A stretch of 64,000 nucleotides of DNA from Mobula hypostoma (Eukaryota). The stretch covers positions 23,934,001-23,998,000 of the forward strand of contig NC_086097.1 in assembly GCF_963921235.1 (NCBI RefSeq), read 5' to 3'. The position numbers and the translations under genes are program-made. Positions 36,477 to 49,829 of this stretch are shown here, piece after piece; positions within the stretch are counted from its first letter, which is position 1, and the number at the start of each line of letters is the position of its first letter. The notes beneath the pieces are model-generated. The model saw only the letters and a list, made by a program, of their open reading frames with translations, ran no database searches and was not told where the DNA came from.

Positions 36477-38746
36477 TAGAACATTCTAGATCAATACTCC
36501 TTACCACACTTTCGAATCTCTCCTGTATTTTATATCTCTGTAGCTGCAATTGTGCATCACTTCCACCAGTAGTTCTATGAAGAAGATCTGGCCAGTATTA
36601 TTGTGTGGGTCAGCAAATTCCCTGATATGCCTGCCTGAGCAAAGCAATCCAAGAAGTCTGGAATTGAAATTGGAATTAGTTTGTTGTCACACGTACTGAC
36701 ATACAGCTTGTCTTACATACTATTCATGCAGATCAAATCATGACACAATGCAGTCAGTTAGAACAGGATGAAACAATCATAACAGGCACATCAGACATCT
36801 TGTCTTACCCTTAACCTCAGGGACAGAACTACCCTGGGCTGAGCTGCTTGGCTGGATGCACTTTGTATCCGGCCCCTCAGTTTTCCACCAGCTATCCCTA
36901 CAGATTTAATATAATCTGGCTTATAAAAATAATTGCAGTGAGTTCACTCTGTGTTCTGTTTTAGTCATTAGTAATATTTTGAAAATATTTTCATTTTATA
37001 AAAATTATTAGTGTTTTTTTTCAATTTGAATCTATTTCAACTGTTTTTGGAATGTCTCTGCCTATGGTAGATATTCAGGAACAGAGTAGTGAGCTGCCAA
37101 AGGGGCTATCAGTGTAGGTCGGGAGCAAGACCTCCAAGTCTGCTACCTGAGGCCTTGATACTACTCGTGGCTGTGTGTCAGGGACCTGGGGCTTTATTTG
37201 TCCAGGTTGATGAGACCATGGGGAAAACATGAAGGAAATTGTGAGGCATTGTCTGGACTGAGCTCAATCCAACACTGCACTGTTGATTTTGTCTTGTGGA
37301 TTGTATAAATACTAAAGTAAGCTGGTAATCGTAATGTGTGTGCAATTTCTTTCCAAAGATGAAAAACTCAACAAGATCTTATGCAGCTAAGTGAATCTCA
37401 GCGAAAGCTGCTTTTGACGACATATATTGTACTTCTACAGAACAGTCAAGTTTATAACTAAAGTCTTCTTTAATATGTCACAGGGAGAACTTACCAGCTG
37501 AGAATGACTGCAGGAAATAAGATTTATTCCCCAAGACAGTCACTGATGGTTAAAATAACAGGGAGGATTGGAGTGAGATTGAAGATGGATTTTTCATGCA
37601 AAAGGCTACATTGGATTTGTTCGGTGGAACGGAACAATACACGTGGAAGTTTTTTCCCTTCCTTCAGTGAGATCAAGCATGCAAAAATAAGAGAGAAAGA
37701 TTAAGTGTTACAGAAGAGAGTAAACTTGACAGAAATCGGAGATGAAAAAGTGGTTGCCTGTTGATGGGACGCGATAGAGAAGAAGCAGGATATCAATGTT
37801 CCTCTTTTATGGGGACACAAGAAAGTACCAAACATGAAGATGACTCACTTCATGAGCCCTGTGAAAGTACTGTGCATCCCATTATTACTTGTTTTACCAC
37901 CAGTCACTTAATGCTCCCATTGGCAGCCCTGCCTTCAGTTGTCTATGCCTTAAGGCTTGGGATATCTGAACCTCTTTATGTCTCAACCCTCTTTTAAAAC
38001 AGCTATTAAAATCTATCCTTTGTTTAAGCATTTGGTTACCAGTTCTAATATCTTTTTGTTGTGGCTCAGTGTGAGGTTTTGATTGATTGGACTCTCTTGA
38101 AATTCTTGAGACATTTTACCAGATGAAAGGCACTTCAACTTGTTCATGTATTTCAACAGAACACTGAAATAAAAGCAAAAATAGTGGGAATATTCAATAG
38201 ATCGCTGCCTTGGTAAAGCAGCCAAAATAATCATAGGGAATTGGACTGCACAATGCAATCATTTTATGAGGTATGTTTAAATTGATCCTAGGTAGAGTGG
38301 ATATAGAGAGGATGCTTCCAATAGTGGGAAAGTCTGGCACCAGAGCACACAGCCTCAGAATAGAGAGATGATGAGCAGTTTCTTTAGCCAGCAGATAGTG
38401 AATCTGAGGAATACATTGCCAAGAACGGCTGTGGAGGCCGTGTTAAGAGTTTGCTATTACTAAGGGTGTCAAAGGTTATGGCGAGTAGGCAGGAGAATGG
38501 GACAGAGAGGGATAATAATTCAGCCGTAATAGAATGGCAGAGCAGACTCAATAAGCTGAATGGCCTAATTCTGATCCTATGTTTTATAGTCTTATGATTT
38601 TATAATCCCTTTCTACGCTAATCCCATCTGCAAGCTCTAGGCCTCAATTCCTCTCCTCCGTTCCTATGTAAGTGGATGTTGAGAAGCCTTTTACAGCATT
38701 ACAGCACAGTACAGTCCCTCTGGCCCATGGTGTTGTACCAAACTTT

Positions 38747-39334
38747 TAGTAGCCCTCCGTAGGTCGGGATCGACCATGGATATCGTGTCCTAGCTGTCTA
38801 CGTGATACGCAAGCCATGGAAGTACGATATGGAGGGCAAGCTGTTGCGGACACAGCAGGCTCCCCTTGTCCACCCATCTGATGAATCCAAAGGAAAGACA
38901 AAGACCAGTACAGTTTGGCACCAAAGGCATCGCAGTTGTTGCCCGTCTGTGTTGAACTCAACATAGGACTGCCTTAGAGATTCCAGCTCCGGATTTTTCC
39001 TCGGTGTTTACTGCCAAAGCCTTCCTTATGAGTAGGTATACCCACAAGGCAGCAGAGGTTTGAGATCAAAGTTTTCCTTCTCGTAGATGAGCTGCCAACC
39101 ATAGCTGAAGAGCCACATTTTTACCGAAGCGACTAGTTTTAAGGCACCAGTTATCCGCCCCTTCTCCTGTCATTGGAAATGGTTCTGCTGGTTTTTGTAG
39201 CCAAGTCACACACGAAGTACAAGAGCTGGACTTTATTGTCAGAGGATATTTGAGGCGTATGCCATTGGGAACATTTAATAGGTGGAGGGATCTTGACCCC
39301 ACTAGCTCCCTCGGCTATGGCAACCTAAGGAACC
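38747..39334 (-). mobile_element. Non-autonomous RTE-derived ~590-bp element (second family) inside a CR1 3' end
   Basis: Colinear with 46748-47290 in the opposite orientation (GTTGAACTCAACATAGGACTGCCTTAG; GGTTTGAGATCA..GTTTTCCTTCTC); no ORF. Confidence 0.7.
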
Positions 39335-40809
39335 TACTGACCTTTAAACCTACTCTAGGATCCATCTAACCTTTCCTACAACATAACCCTCCATTTTTCC
39401 TATTAGAGGTTCATAAATGCCTCAAATGATCAACCTCTCCCACCACTGCTGGAAGGGTGTGCCACATACCCACCACTCTCTGTGTAAAAAAAAACCTTCC
39501 TCTGACATATTGTACCTCCTATACTTTCCTCCATTCACCTTAAAGATATGCCTCCATTCCAATCTTGGGGGGAAAAGTCTCTGCCTATCCATGTCATCTA
39601 TGCCTGTAATTATCTTGTATATCTCTATCATCTCATCTCTCATTATCCTTTGCTCCAAAGAGAAAAGCCTGAGCTATCTCAACTTACCTTCTTAAGACAT
39701 GACCTCTAGTCCAGGAAGCAACCTGATAGACCTCCTCTGCACCCTCTGTAAAGCTCCCACATCATTCCTATAAGCAGGGTAATTGTACCTGACTTTTACC
39801 AGCTCCACTGGCAGCTCATTCAAAGATAAAGGTTAGTTTTAGTTGTCACATGTACATCGATACATGCAATGAAATTCGTTGTTTGTGTCAAATCATTTTA
39901 TGAAGTACTTTTGAAGTGCCACCTTCTGTGTAAAAACCTTAGACCTCAGATCTTTAAATTTGTTCCCTCTCACCTTAAATTTGTGCCCTTTAATTCTAGG
40001 CCCCACTGCCCTTGGGATAAGATTCTGACTGTCAATTCTATTCCTGCCCCTCTTGGAGTGGCTTTAAAACATTCTCAGAAAGGTCCTCTATCAATGTAGG
40101 CCTTCTTTTCAAATTAGCTTTTAGTGATTCATTGAGAAAATTACATAAACTGAGCACCACACTGCACAAATTAACGAATTGCCACCCAGAGCTAACTGCT
40201 GATGACAAATCTGCTTAATGTTAGGTTCATCCCAATAAGCTCAGAAGATTGATGAATAAACAATCCTTAATTATTGATGCACAGTATAATGTGGCTTCAG
40301 CGTTCAACTTGATGTTGCTGAACCCTTCACGTTGAAGGAGCCTTTCCACCCAATGTGTGAAAAATTTTCACTGGCCAGTTAGTCTACTTTCCCCAAAGTG
40401 TTGTTATCCCCTGCCCTTCACGTATTTATGTAATTCCTTTTCAGTGTTTAACATTAGGCAGTGAAAATTAGCATTCCTCTGAAAACAGCAAATGTTCATT
40501 TTATTCCTTGTGCTCTCAACATTGTTTCTTCACTTTAACTTCCTGTAGAAAGCAATTGGTTGTGCTTAATCATGGTTCTATCTGTCCATGGATTCCATGA
40601 CAGAGTGCATTCCTAGAGACAGAGTGATAACCCTGGGCAACCATTGCAGTCCCTCTCCACCAGTCCAATCCTCTCTTACCCGACCTCCACTCCTCTGCTT
40701 TTTTTCTCTCTCTCAGGAGAAAGGAAGTCTTGAATTATTTGGGCAGCTGTGGCTCAATGCATTGCACTATTTTTGCTGAGTCCGGATGTTAGAGTTATGG
40801 AGTTCTTGA

Positions 40810-42985
40810 GTCATTGAACATTACAGCACAGAAACAGGCCCTTTGGCTCATCTAGACTGTGCCAAACTATTAATCTGCCTAGTCTAATCAACCTGCACCC
40901 AGACCAAAGCCCTCCATACCTCTCTCATCCATGTACCTACCCCAATTTCTCTTAAATATTGAAACTGACCCCTCCACCCCCATCCACCACTTTTGCTTGC
41001 AGCTTGTTTCACATTCTCACCACCCCTGGAGTGAAAAAGTTGTTCCCCTTAAACCTTTTACCTTCCACACTTAACTCATGACCACTGTGGAAAAATCCTG
41101 CTTGCGTTTACCCTACCTCACCCCTCATGATGTTGTACACCTCTATCAAATATCCCCTCAATCTTCTACATATGAGGAAATAGAGTCGTAACCTATTCAA
41201 TCTTTCCAAAAAACTCAGGTCCTCAGGTCCCAGCAACATCCTTGTAAATTTTCTCTGCATTCTTCCAATCTTCTTGACGTTTCTCCTGTAGGTAGGTGAC
41301 TAAACCTGCACACAATACCCCAAATGAGCCCTCACCAATGTCTTATACAATTTCAAAATAACATCCCAACCCCTATACTCAATGCATTGATTTATGAAGG
41401 GCAATGTGCCAAAAGCTTTCTTGAGAAGGAATTATGGAACTGTGTCCTACCACTTACTATGTAAATCCTGCCCTGGTTAGCCCTGCCGAAGTGCATCACC
41501 TCACACTTGTCTGCGTTAAATTCCATCTGCCATTTTTCAGCCCATTTTCCAGCTGGTCCAGATCCCACTGCAAGCTTTGATCATCTTTTTTGCTGTCCAC
41601 TACACCCCAAATCTTGGTGTCATCCGTAAATTTGCTGATCTAGTTAACCACATTATCATCCAGGTCACTGATATAGATGACAAACAATAATGGACCCAGC
41701 ACTGATCCCTGCAGCACAGCACTAGACACAGGCCTCCAGTCAGAGAGGTAACCATCTACCACCGATCTCTGGCTTCTTCCTTGAAGCCAATGTCTAATTT
41801 AATTTACCACCTCATCGTGAATGCCAAGCGACTTAATCTTCTCAATCAACCTCACATGTGGGACCTTGTCAAGGGCCTTGTAGACAACATCCAATAACTT
41901 GCCTTCATAAACTTTCCTGGCAACTTCTCAAAAAATCCTATAAGATTGGACAGATATAACTTATCATGCACTAAGCCATGTTGACTATCCTGAATCTGTC
42001 CAAATACTTATATACCCAGTCCCCCAGAATAGCTTCCAATAACTTTCCCACTGCTGCTATCAGGCTTACCATCCTATAATTTAGTGGTTTATTCTTACAG
42101 CCTTTCTTAAACAACCAAACAACATTAGCTATCCTCTAAGCCTCTGGCACCTTACCCATGGCTAAGTATGTTTTAAATACCTCTGCTAAAGCCCCTGCAA
42201 CTTTTCCACTAGCTTCCCACAGGGTCTGAGGGAAAACCTTGTCAGGCTCTGGGTGCTTATCCACCATAAAGACAGCAAACACCTTCTCCTTGTAATTTGT
42301 ATATTACAAGGACATCGACATGACATCGCTGCTATGTTTCCTCACATCTATAGTCCGTCTCCCAAATAAATACTGTATAGTTGCAAAAAATCAAATTAAG
42401 ATCTACCGTTTCTTTTGGTTCCATGTACAGGTTACTCTGCTCTTCCAGGGGACCAATTTTGCCCTTGCTAACCCTTTGCTCTTAATATCTGTAGAATCCC
42501 TTAGGATTCTCTTTCACCTTGACTGCCGGAGCAACTTTGTCGTTTTTTAACCCTCCTGATTCCTGTCTTAAGTATTCTCTTGCTTTTCTTATATTCCTCA
42601 AGTACCTCATGTGTTCCTGCCTGCCTATATCTGCTATGCACCTCCTTCTTTTTCTTATAACTAGGATCTCAATATCTCTCGAAAACCAAAGTTCCATAAA
42701 CCTGTTATTCTTCCCTTTTATTTTGACAGGAATATAACAACTCTGTACTCTCAAAATTTCACTTTTGAAGACTTCCCACTTACCAAGTACACCTTTGTCA
42801 GAAAATGACCTATCCCTATCCATACTTGCCTTTCTGATACCATCAAAATTGGCTTTTCCCCGATTTAGAATCTGAAACCGTGAACCAGACCTATCATTTT
42901 CCATAAATTCCTTGAAACTATGGGCATAATAATCATTAGATACAAAGTGTTCCCCACACAAACTTCTGTCACCTGCTCTGTCCCA
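40810..42985 (-). mobile_element. Decayed CR1 LINE, ~2.2 kb
   Basis: ORF 42482..42961 VKVKENPKGFYRY; antisense RT motifs at 41610-41640 (ISKFTDDTK) and 41860-41880 (KALDKVPH); 3' UTR at 40810-40920. Confidence 0.88.
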
Positions 42986-43029
42986 TTCTCTAATATATTA
43001 ATTTGCAGGTTGAGTTGACGGTGAGGATA

Positions 43030-43328
43030 TTGACAGATCAGGGTCAGGATCCAGCGGCATGAAATGCAAGACAACTGGGAATTCTTCACCGTTTAGCCTT
43101 CCTCCGCTTTCACTGCCGTTGTGATGTGTCATCATCTGTTGCCAGTTCCACTATCGAGGCCTTTGTTAGGTCGCTCTTTGTCTGAAGCCTCCCGCTTGAA
43201 CTTACTGCCATGGGTGATCCTACCAGGAGCTAAACGCCAGATGACTGAACTCCCGATGGCGTCACTCTTAGGATCTCAAGAACTCACAAGTCTCTCTGTC
43301 ATGACTAGGTGACAATTCTTGCAGAAAG
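43030..43328 (-). mobile_element. RTE/Expander 5'UTR-derived fragment (third variant)
   Basis: Minus strand CTCCTGGTAGGATCACCCATGGCAGTAAG...CAGACAAAGAGCGA. Confidence 0.6.
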
Positions 43329-43599
43329 CTGTGAGAGTTTTCTTTGGTTCTCTCTCCACAGTTGTTGCCTGACCTACAGAGAACATAGTACAGGACAGCC
43401 CAGATAAAGGCCCTTTGGCCCACAATGTTGTGCTAAACAAATTAAATGAGTCATCAAAAGCTGAACTAAACTAATCGCCTACACAATCTATATAAATATG
43501 TCCATACCTACCTGCTCATTGCTTCCAGTATTTTCTTCTTTTATTTCCAGATTCTGAAGCATTTTGCTTCAGACTGCTCGGTTGTAATATCAATAATTC

Positions 43600-43750
43600 T
43601 GCTTACCTGAAAGTTTTCAACTCAGTATCGAGTCCTGAGGGCTGCAACATGTCTAGATGAAAGCTGAGGTGTTGTTCTCCGAGCTCAGACTTTGATGGAA
43701 CAGTGTAAGAGGTCAAAGGTTGCGGGAGAGCAGTATCGAGGCAGGCACTC
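43600..43750 (-). mobile_element. Penelope-like ORF C-terminal relic
   Basis: Minus strand LGEQHLSFHLDMLQPSGLDTEL, resembling the PLE end LEEQHLIFRLGTLQPxGLN. Confidence 0.65.
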
Positions 43751-45014
43751 CGCTGCATAATGAGAGAGTGTCACAGTCAGACACAATTTACAGGATCTCT
43801 TTCACTTCCGGCATTTTTAGAATATGTTAGTCTTGTCCTATTCCCAACACACCCTCTGTTCTTCATTCGTTTCTACCAGCCTCTTTCATCCAGAACCATG
43901 TACCGTTCAGTCTCTGCTAGCTACCACAAGAGACTTCAGTTCTCTCTGCCTTTTCAAGTCTTTCAATCAGAATCAGATTTATTATCACTAACATATGTTG
44001 TGATTTCCCTTTTGTTTTGAAGAGCCATACAATGCAATATATAAAATTTATTATGAATTATAATCACATTAATCATATACATATTTGACATGTATTTTTG
44101 ATTATAGATAATATAATTTTATATACATACATAATGATAAATTTGTTGTCCTGAGGCATCAGTACATAAGACCGAATGGTCTTGGCAGAAGTCAGCCATT
44201 CGGCCCATCGAGTCTGCTCCGCCATTTTATCATGAGCTGATCCATTCTCCCTTAGTCCCACTCCCCCACCTTCTCAAAAAAGACATAGAAAGACCTATAA
44301 ATTATAATAAAAATATACATATGAAAATAAATTAAATACGGGTAAGAGGAACAAAAATAGTGAGGAAGTGTTTATTGTCTGTTCAAAAATGTGAAGGCAG
44401 AGGGGAAGAACCTGTACCAGAAGCATTGAGTGTATGTCCCCAGGCTTCGGCACCTCCATGCTGATGGTAGTGAGAAGAAGGCATGTCCTGGGTGATGGGG
44501 GTCCTCTGTAATGGACGCTGCCTTTCGCAGGCATTACCTTTTAGAGATGTCCTCAATGGTGCAACCTAAAACTGGGTTTATTTTGAAATTCTCCCAGTTC
44601 TGTAACATTATTTTTGTTTCCCTCTCCATCAGCACTGCGCTTAGAGTTAGGGACAGCTACACTGGCAGAGATCATTCAGAGGAGATGTCAAACAAAGGTC
44701 AAGCCTGCCGTAAGTATCCTGAGACACCTCTCTGACAGAGAGCAGAGGGATTTCCCTGAGACACATGAGATTATTCAGGTTCTGGAAGTCCTGAGCAACA
44801 CACAAAATGCAGGAAAAACTCAGCAAGGCGGACATCTATGGAGGGGAATAAACAGTCAATGTTTATAGTCAAGGCGAATAACCTTCTAAGGACCCTGGCT
44901 AATACTTATTTCTCAGTCGCCATCACTAAAACATGTTGCCTGGTCAGCACTATGTCACTGTTTGATGATCCTTGGTGTGTCAATATTGTATACTTCATTT
45001 TCCTGCAAGTTTTC

Positions 45015-46290
45015 AAAATTCAACATAAATTTATTTTCAAAGTACATATATGTCACCATATACAAACCTGAGATTCATTTTCTTGCAGGCATTCACATTA
45101 AATACAAGAAACACAATAGAATCAATGAAAGGCTGCACCCAACAGGATAGCCAACAACCAATGTGCAAAAAAAAATCAACAAATATGCAAATACAAAAAA
45201 TAAGATCAAAAAAAGAAATAATAAAAATAATATCACTAATTCAGAATGCCTCAAATTATATTATGACCGATCAGTTAATACGACAATCCGTAATAACTGT
45301 CCAGGTATAATAATACAGGATAAACAAGCAAGAACAACTTATTTAATGGATATAGCTATTACAAAGACACATAACTTACAGAAGTCAATGTGAAAAACAC
45401 CAAAAATATGCTGAATTAAAAGAAGAAATTGAGAGACTTTGGAATATGAACAAGGTATACATTGTCCTGAGAGTAAGATCTACAAATGGTGTCATCCCAA
45501 AGGCACTACACAAGAGTATTAAACAATTAGAACTACAGAGCAATATCTTCAGAAAGCCACAATACTAAACGGCTTTAGCATAGGTCCAAAAGTTCCTAGC
45601 AATTGAGAAATGAACGTGCTTGGCTGTACCCGTACCTCAGGTTTTATCAGCTTGAGCTGAGAAAAAATCATTTTTATAATAATAATAATAAATAAACAGT
45701 ATATATCAAGAACATGAGATGAAGAGACCTTGAAAGTGAGTCCATAGCTTGTGGGAACTGTGATTCCAGAGCCTGATGGTTGAGGGGTAATAACTGTTCC
45801 TGGTTGTGTGAGTCCTGAGGCTTGTGTACGTTCTCCCTGATGGCTGCAGTGAGAAGAGAGCATGACCTGGATGATGGATGCTGTACTGCATATAGATGTC
45901 CTCAATGGTGCAGGGGCTTTACCCGTGATCAGCTGGGCTGTACCCACTAATTTTATAGGCTTTTCCATTCAAGTGCTTTGGTGTTTCCATACCAAGCTGT
46001 GATGCATCCAGTCCACATACTTCCCACTCTACATCTATTGAAGTTTGTCAAAGTTATAGATGACATGCCGAACTTTCGCTGGCTTCTAAGAAAGTAGAGG
46101 TACCGCCATACTTTCTTCATAATTGCACTGACTTGCTGGATCCAGGACAGATCCTCTGAAATGATAACGCCTAGAAATTTACAGTTGCTAACCCTCTCCA
46201 CTTCTGATGCTTTGATAAGGACTGGCTCAAGGATCTTTGGTTTCCTTCTCCTGAAGTCAATAATCAGCTCCTTGGTCCTGCTGACATTTT
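45015..46290 (-). mobile_element. Rex1/Babar LINE 3' fragment hosting the R4/Dong insert
   Basis: ORF 45953..46312 TKELIIDFRR...KFLGVIISEDLSW...TGCITAWYGN; HHPGHALFSLQPSGRTY. Confidence 0.88.
45238..45676 (+). mobile_element. R4/Dong-clade non-LTR retrotransposon 3' fragment (restriction-like endonuclease domain, decayed)
   Basis: KLYYDRSV..TIRNNCPGIIIQDKQARTTYLMDIAI / EKHQKYAELKEEIERLWNMNKVYIV / LQKATILN / VQKFLAIEK*; followed by (TAA)n. Confidence 0.85.
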
Positions 46291-46292
46291 GG

Positions 46293-46555
46293 AGGGGTTC
46301 AATTCCCACCACTGTCTGTAAGGAGTTTGTGCATTCTCCCCGTGACTCTGTGGGTTTCCTCGGGGTGCTTCAGTTTCTTCCCACAGTCCAAAGATGTACT
46401 GGTTAGCGTTACCAAGTTGTGGGCTTGCTATGTTGGCACCAGAGACATGGCAACACTTAGGGGTTTCCCACAGCACAACCTTGGACCATGCTGGTCATTA
46501 ACGCAAACGATGCAATTTACTGTATGTTTCAGTATTTCGATGTACGTGTATCTTT
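46293..46555 (+). mobile_element. V-SINE with Rex/Babar-like tail
   Basis: GGTTCAATTCC; TTCTCCCCGTGACTCTGTGGGTTTCCTC...CCCACAGTCCAAAGA; tail TTTACTGTATGTTTC..GATGTACGTG. Confidence 0.8.
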
Positions 46556-46747
46556 TCTTCAAAAGATGAGTAAAACCTGTGGGCAGGGGAGATAATGGGA
46601 ATGTAGGACAATGTAATGATGGAATTGAATTGCTCTGTCACTGGCATAGACTCGATGGCTGAATGGCCTCATATGTTATAAGAAGGTATGAAATATGAAA
46701 TTAAATACTAAATAATACTGTACCCATTGCTTATGAAGCAATGATTT

Positions 46748-47290
46748 GGTTCCTTAAGGTTGTCATAGCCAGAGGGGAGACAGTTGGCATAAACTCCCAA
46801 TACCTATTAAATGCTCCCAAATAGCCTCTTACAACCAAGTCCAGCTCCAGGCCTTCACTTGTGGCTTAGCTATTAAGCCTGCTAGAACCGTTCCTACTGA
46901 AAGGAAGAAGGGGTAAAGGCAGGTTACTCTTGTCATTAAAACCAGTCACTCCGGGCTGATGAGGCTCATTGGCCATGGTCAGCAGCTCAGCCAGGAGAAG
47001 GAAAACTCTGATCTCAAACCTATACCCACTCATGGGGAAGGCTTTGGCAGTAAACCCTGAGGAATAATCTGGAGCTGAAGTCCCTAAGGCAGTCCTATGT
47101 TGAGTTCAACACTGACTGGCAACTCCTGAGATGCTGCGGGTGCCAAATTGTATCGGTGTCTGCTGTTCCTTTGAATTCATCAGCTGTGTGGAGAGGGGGA
47201 GCCTGCTCTTCTTATTGTTTTGTCCTGGCTTGCATTGACAGCTAGGATGCAACATTTATAGTTGACCCCGATCAACAGAGGGCCTGCTAT
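46748..47290 (+). mobile_element. Non-autonomous RTE-derived element (same family as 38747-39334)
   Basis: CCAAGTCCAGCTCCAGGCCTTCACTTGTGGCTTAGCTATTAAGCC resembles RTE 5' UTRs as recalled; colinear with the other copy. Confidence 0.7.
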
Positions 47291-48019
47291 AGAGAAATGA
47301 TTTAAACCTTTACTCTACAATCATAGAATAATTACGGAATCATTTAGCCCTGCAAACCCACACCAATTCTTTGCTTAATATAGCCAGTGCCGTTCACACA
47401 GTCCTTTATCTCTCACCCCCCCCCCTTTATCTCTCAATTCCCCCCTTTATCTCCCTCTGCCCCCCTTTACTCTGAAAATCCTTTTGTGTTCCCTTGTTAC
47501 AAATTTCTTTTGTCTTCTTTTCTAAATGATGTTGAGTTTTTACCTCCATCTCCTGAACAATGGTCCTCATGGCATTGAAGTCAACTATGGTGCAATTATG
47601 GTTGTGACAAAGGCAATCATTAATTTAATAAGCATGAGTCATGAAAGATATTTGTTTGTACGTTGCCTTGCAACACCTCGCTGAAGCTCTTTGAAAGATC
47701 ATCACAGTCAATGCACCTTTGGGGTAAGCTGTAGCCATTGTATAACTGGATGAAGCAATTCTTTGGGATTGGAATTGTTTTATTATTGTTATGTGTACCA
47801 AGGTACGGTGAAAAGCTTGTCTTGCATACAGTTCATGTGGATCAATCATTAGAAAGGGCATTGAGCTCCAACAAGATAAAGCAATAATTAATAATAATAA
47901 CAACAATACAAAATAAAATGTAACATCTGCAGAGAAAGTGCAGTGCAGATGAACAAAGAAATGCAAGATCATAACGAGGCTGATTGTGAAGTCGGAGTCC
48001 ACCATATCATACTAGGAAC

Positions 48020-48397
48020 AGAATCAGAATCAGGTTTAATATCACCAGCATATGTCATGAGATTTGTTGACTTTGTGGGAGCAGTACAATGCAATACATA
48101 AAAATAGAAAAATCTGTGAATGACAGTAAATATACCTATATAAAATAGTTAAATTTTGTAAGTAGTGCAAAAATAGAAATAAATAAGTACTGAGGTAGTG
48201 TTCATGAGTTCAATGTCCATTCAGAAATCAGATGGCGGAGGGGAAGAAGCTGCTCCTGAATCTTTGTGAGTGTGCCTTCAGGCCTCCGCACCTCCTTCTG
48301 ATTTAGCAATGAGAACAAGGCATGGTCTGGGTAATGGGGGTCCTTAATGATGGCCGCAACCTTTTTGAGGCATCGTTCCTTGAAGATGTTCTGGATA
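48020..48397 (-). mobile_element. Rex1/Babar 3' fragment, outer host of the nest (resumes at 53274)
   Basis: IQNIFKERCLKKVAAIIKDPHYPDHALFSL; TSD CTGGATA at 48391-48397 and 53274-53280. Confidence 0.85.
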
Positions 48398-48560
48398 AGA
48401 CCAGAAGATATAGGAGAAGTAGGCCAATCAGCCCATTGAGTCTGCTCCGCCATTCCATCATGGTCTGATCCAGTTCTTCCAGTCATCCCCACTCCCCTGC
48501 CTTCTCCTTGTACCCTTTGATGCCCTGGCTAATCAAGAACCTATCTATCTCTTCCTTAAA
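48398..48560 (-). mobile_element. 3' end of the minus-strand CR1 that continues at 52251-53273
   Basis: FKEEIDRFLISQGIKGYKEKAGEWG plus 3' UTR; joins the reading frame of ORF 52235..53248 at TTAAA. Confidence 0.88.
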
Positions 48561-49603
48561 GGGGGAGGGTGAGCAGCCAGTTGTCTTGGTACATGTTGGT
48601 ACCAATGACATAGATAGGACAAAGGAGGAGATCCTGAAGAGAGATTTCCAGGAGTTAGGAAGGAAGCTGAGAAGCAGGACCTCCAGGGTAGTAATCTCGA
48701 GATTGCTACCTGTGCCATGTGCTAGTGAGGGCAAGAATAGTAGGGTCAGGCAGATGAATGGGTGGTTGAGAGACTGGTGCAGGGGGCAGGGCTTCAGATT
48801 CTTGGATAATTGGGATTTCTTCTGGGGGAAGTATGACCTGTTCAAAAAGACGGGTTACACCTGAACCCAAAGGGGACCAATATCCTGGCGGGAAGGTTTA
48901 ATAGAGCTGTTAGGGAGGGTTTAAACTAATTTGGCAGGGGGATGGGAACCGGAATGACAGAGCGGAGGAAGAGGAAAACAGAAACAAATCTAAGATAGTG
49001 AGCAGTAAAGATGTCAGGAAAGACAGGCAGGTGATGAGGCAAATTTGTAGCCATTGGGATGAGTTGCAGTGCAATAAAGTTGCAGTGAAATCAAAGCGAG
49101 AAGTATCAAATACTGGTCTTAAGATGTTATACTTAAATGCACGCAGCATAAGGAATAAGGTGGATGATCTTGTCGTACAGCTACAGATTGGCAGGTATGA
49201 TATTGTGGCCATCACGGAGATGTGGCTAAAGGATGCATGTCTCTGGGAGCTGAACGTCCAAGGATACACGGTGTATCAGAAGGATAGGAAGGTAGGCAGA
49301 GGGGGATGCTTTATTGGTAAGAAATGATATTAAATCATTAGAAAGAGGTGATATAGGATCAGAAGGTGCAGAATCTTTATGCATTGAGCTAAGAAATTGC
49401 AGGGGTAAAAGGACCCTGATGACAGTTATTTATAGGCCTCCAAACAGCTGCAGGGATGTGGACTACAAATTACAACAGGAAATAGAAAAGGCTTGTCAGA
49501 AGGACAGTGTTATGATAATTGTGGGGGATTTTAACATGCGAGTGGATTGGGAAATCAGGTCGGCACTGGATCTCAAGAGAGAGAATTTGTAGACTGTCTG
49601 CTA

Positions 49604-49829
49604 CATACATCAAAGTTGCTGGTGAACGCAGCAGGCCAAGCAGCATCTATAGGAAGAGGTGCAGTCGACGTTTCAGGCCGAGACCCTTCTAACTAACTAA
49701 GTTAGTCCTGACGAAGGGTCTCAGCCTGAAACGTCGACTGCACCTCTTCCTATAGATGCTGCTTGGCCTGCTGCGTTCACCAGCAACTTTGATGTATGTT
49801 GCTTGAATTTCCAGCATCTGCAGAATTCC
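49604..49829 (+). mobile_element. Palindromic Penelope-derived insertion (inverted partial plus direct terminal repeat)
   Basis: Arms 49603-49689 and 49713-49799 (87 bp, 1 mismatch); TSD TGTAGA(C/A)TGTCTGCTA at 49588-49603 and 49830-49845. Confidence 0.9.
49703..49740 (+). ncRNA. Minimal type I hammerhead ribozyme motif, complete core, GUC site
   Basis: TAGTC (stem I), CTGACGA core, AGG-GTCTCAG-CCT (stem II), GAAA, CGTC, GACTG (stem I'); predicted cleavage after 49735. Activity not shown. Confidence 0.8.

Noticed and set aside
37495..37507. 13-nt minus-strand micro-exon candidate (TTTCCTGCAG|TCATTCTCAGCTG|GTAAGT)
   Set aside because: Splice signals look good but the length is not a multiple of three and such matches arise by chance; needs RNA-seq.
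38875..38900. CTGATGA-ATCCAAAGGA-AAG as another hammerhead
   Set aside because: Stem II and GAAA overlap, and there is no stem III, NUH site or stem I pairing.
46835..46915. Twister-like motif (TAAGCC, GAAGGGG) in the RTE-derived 5' region
   Set aside because: I could not build the required pseudoknot pairings or the UA cleavage loop.
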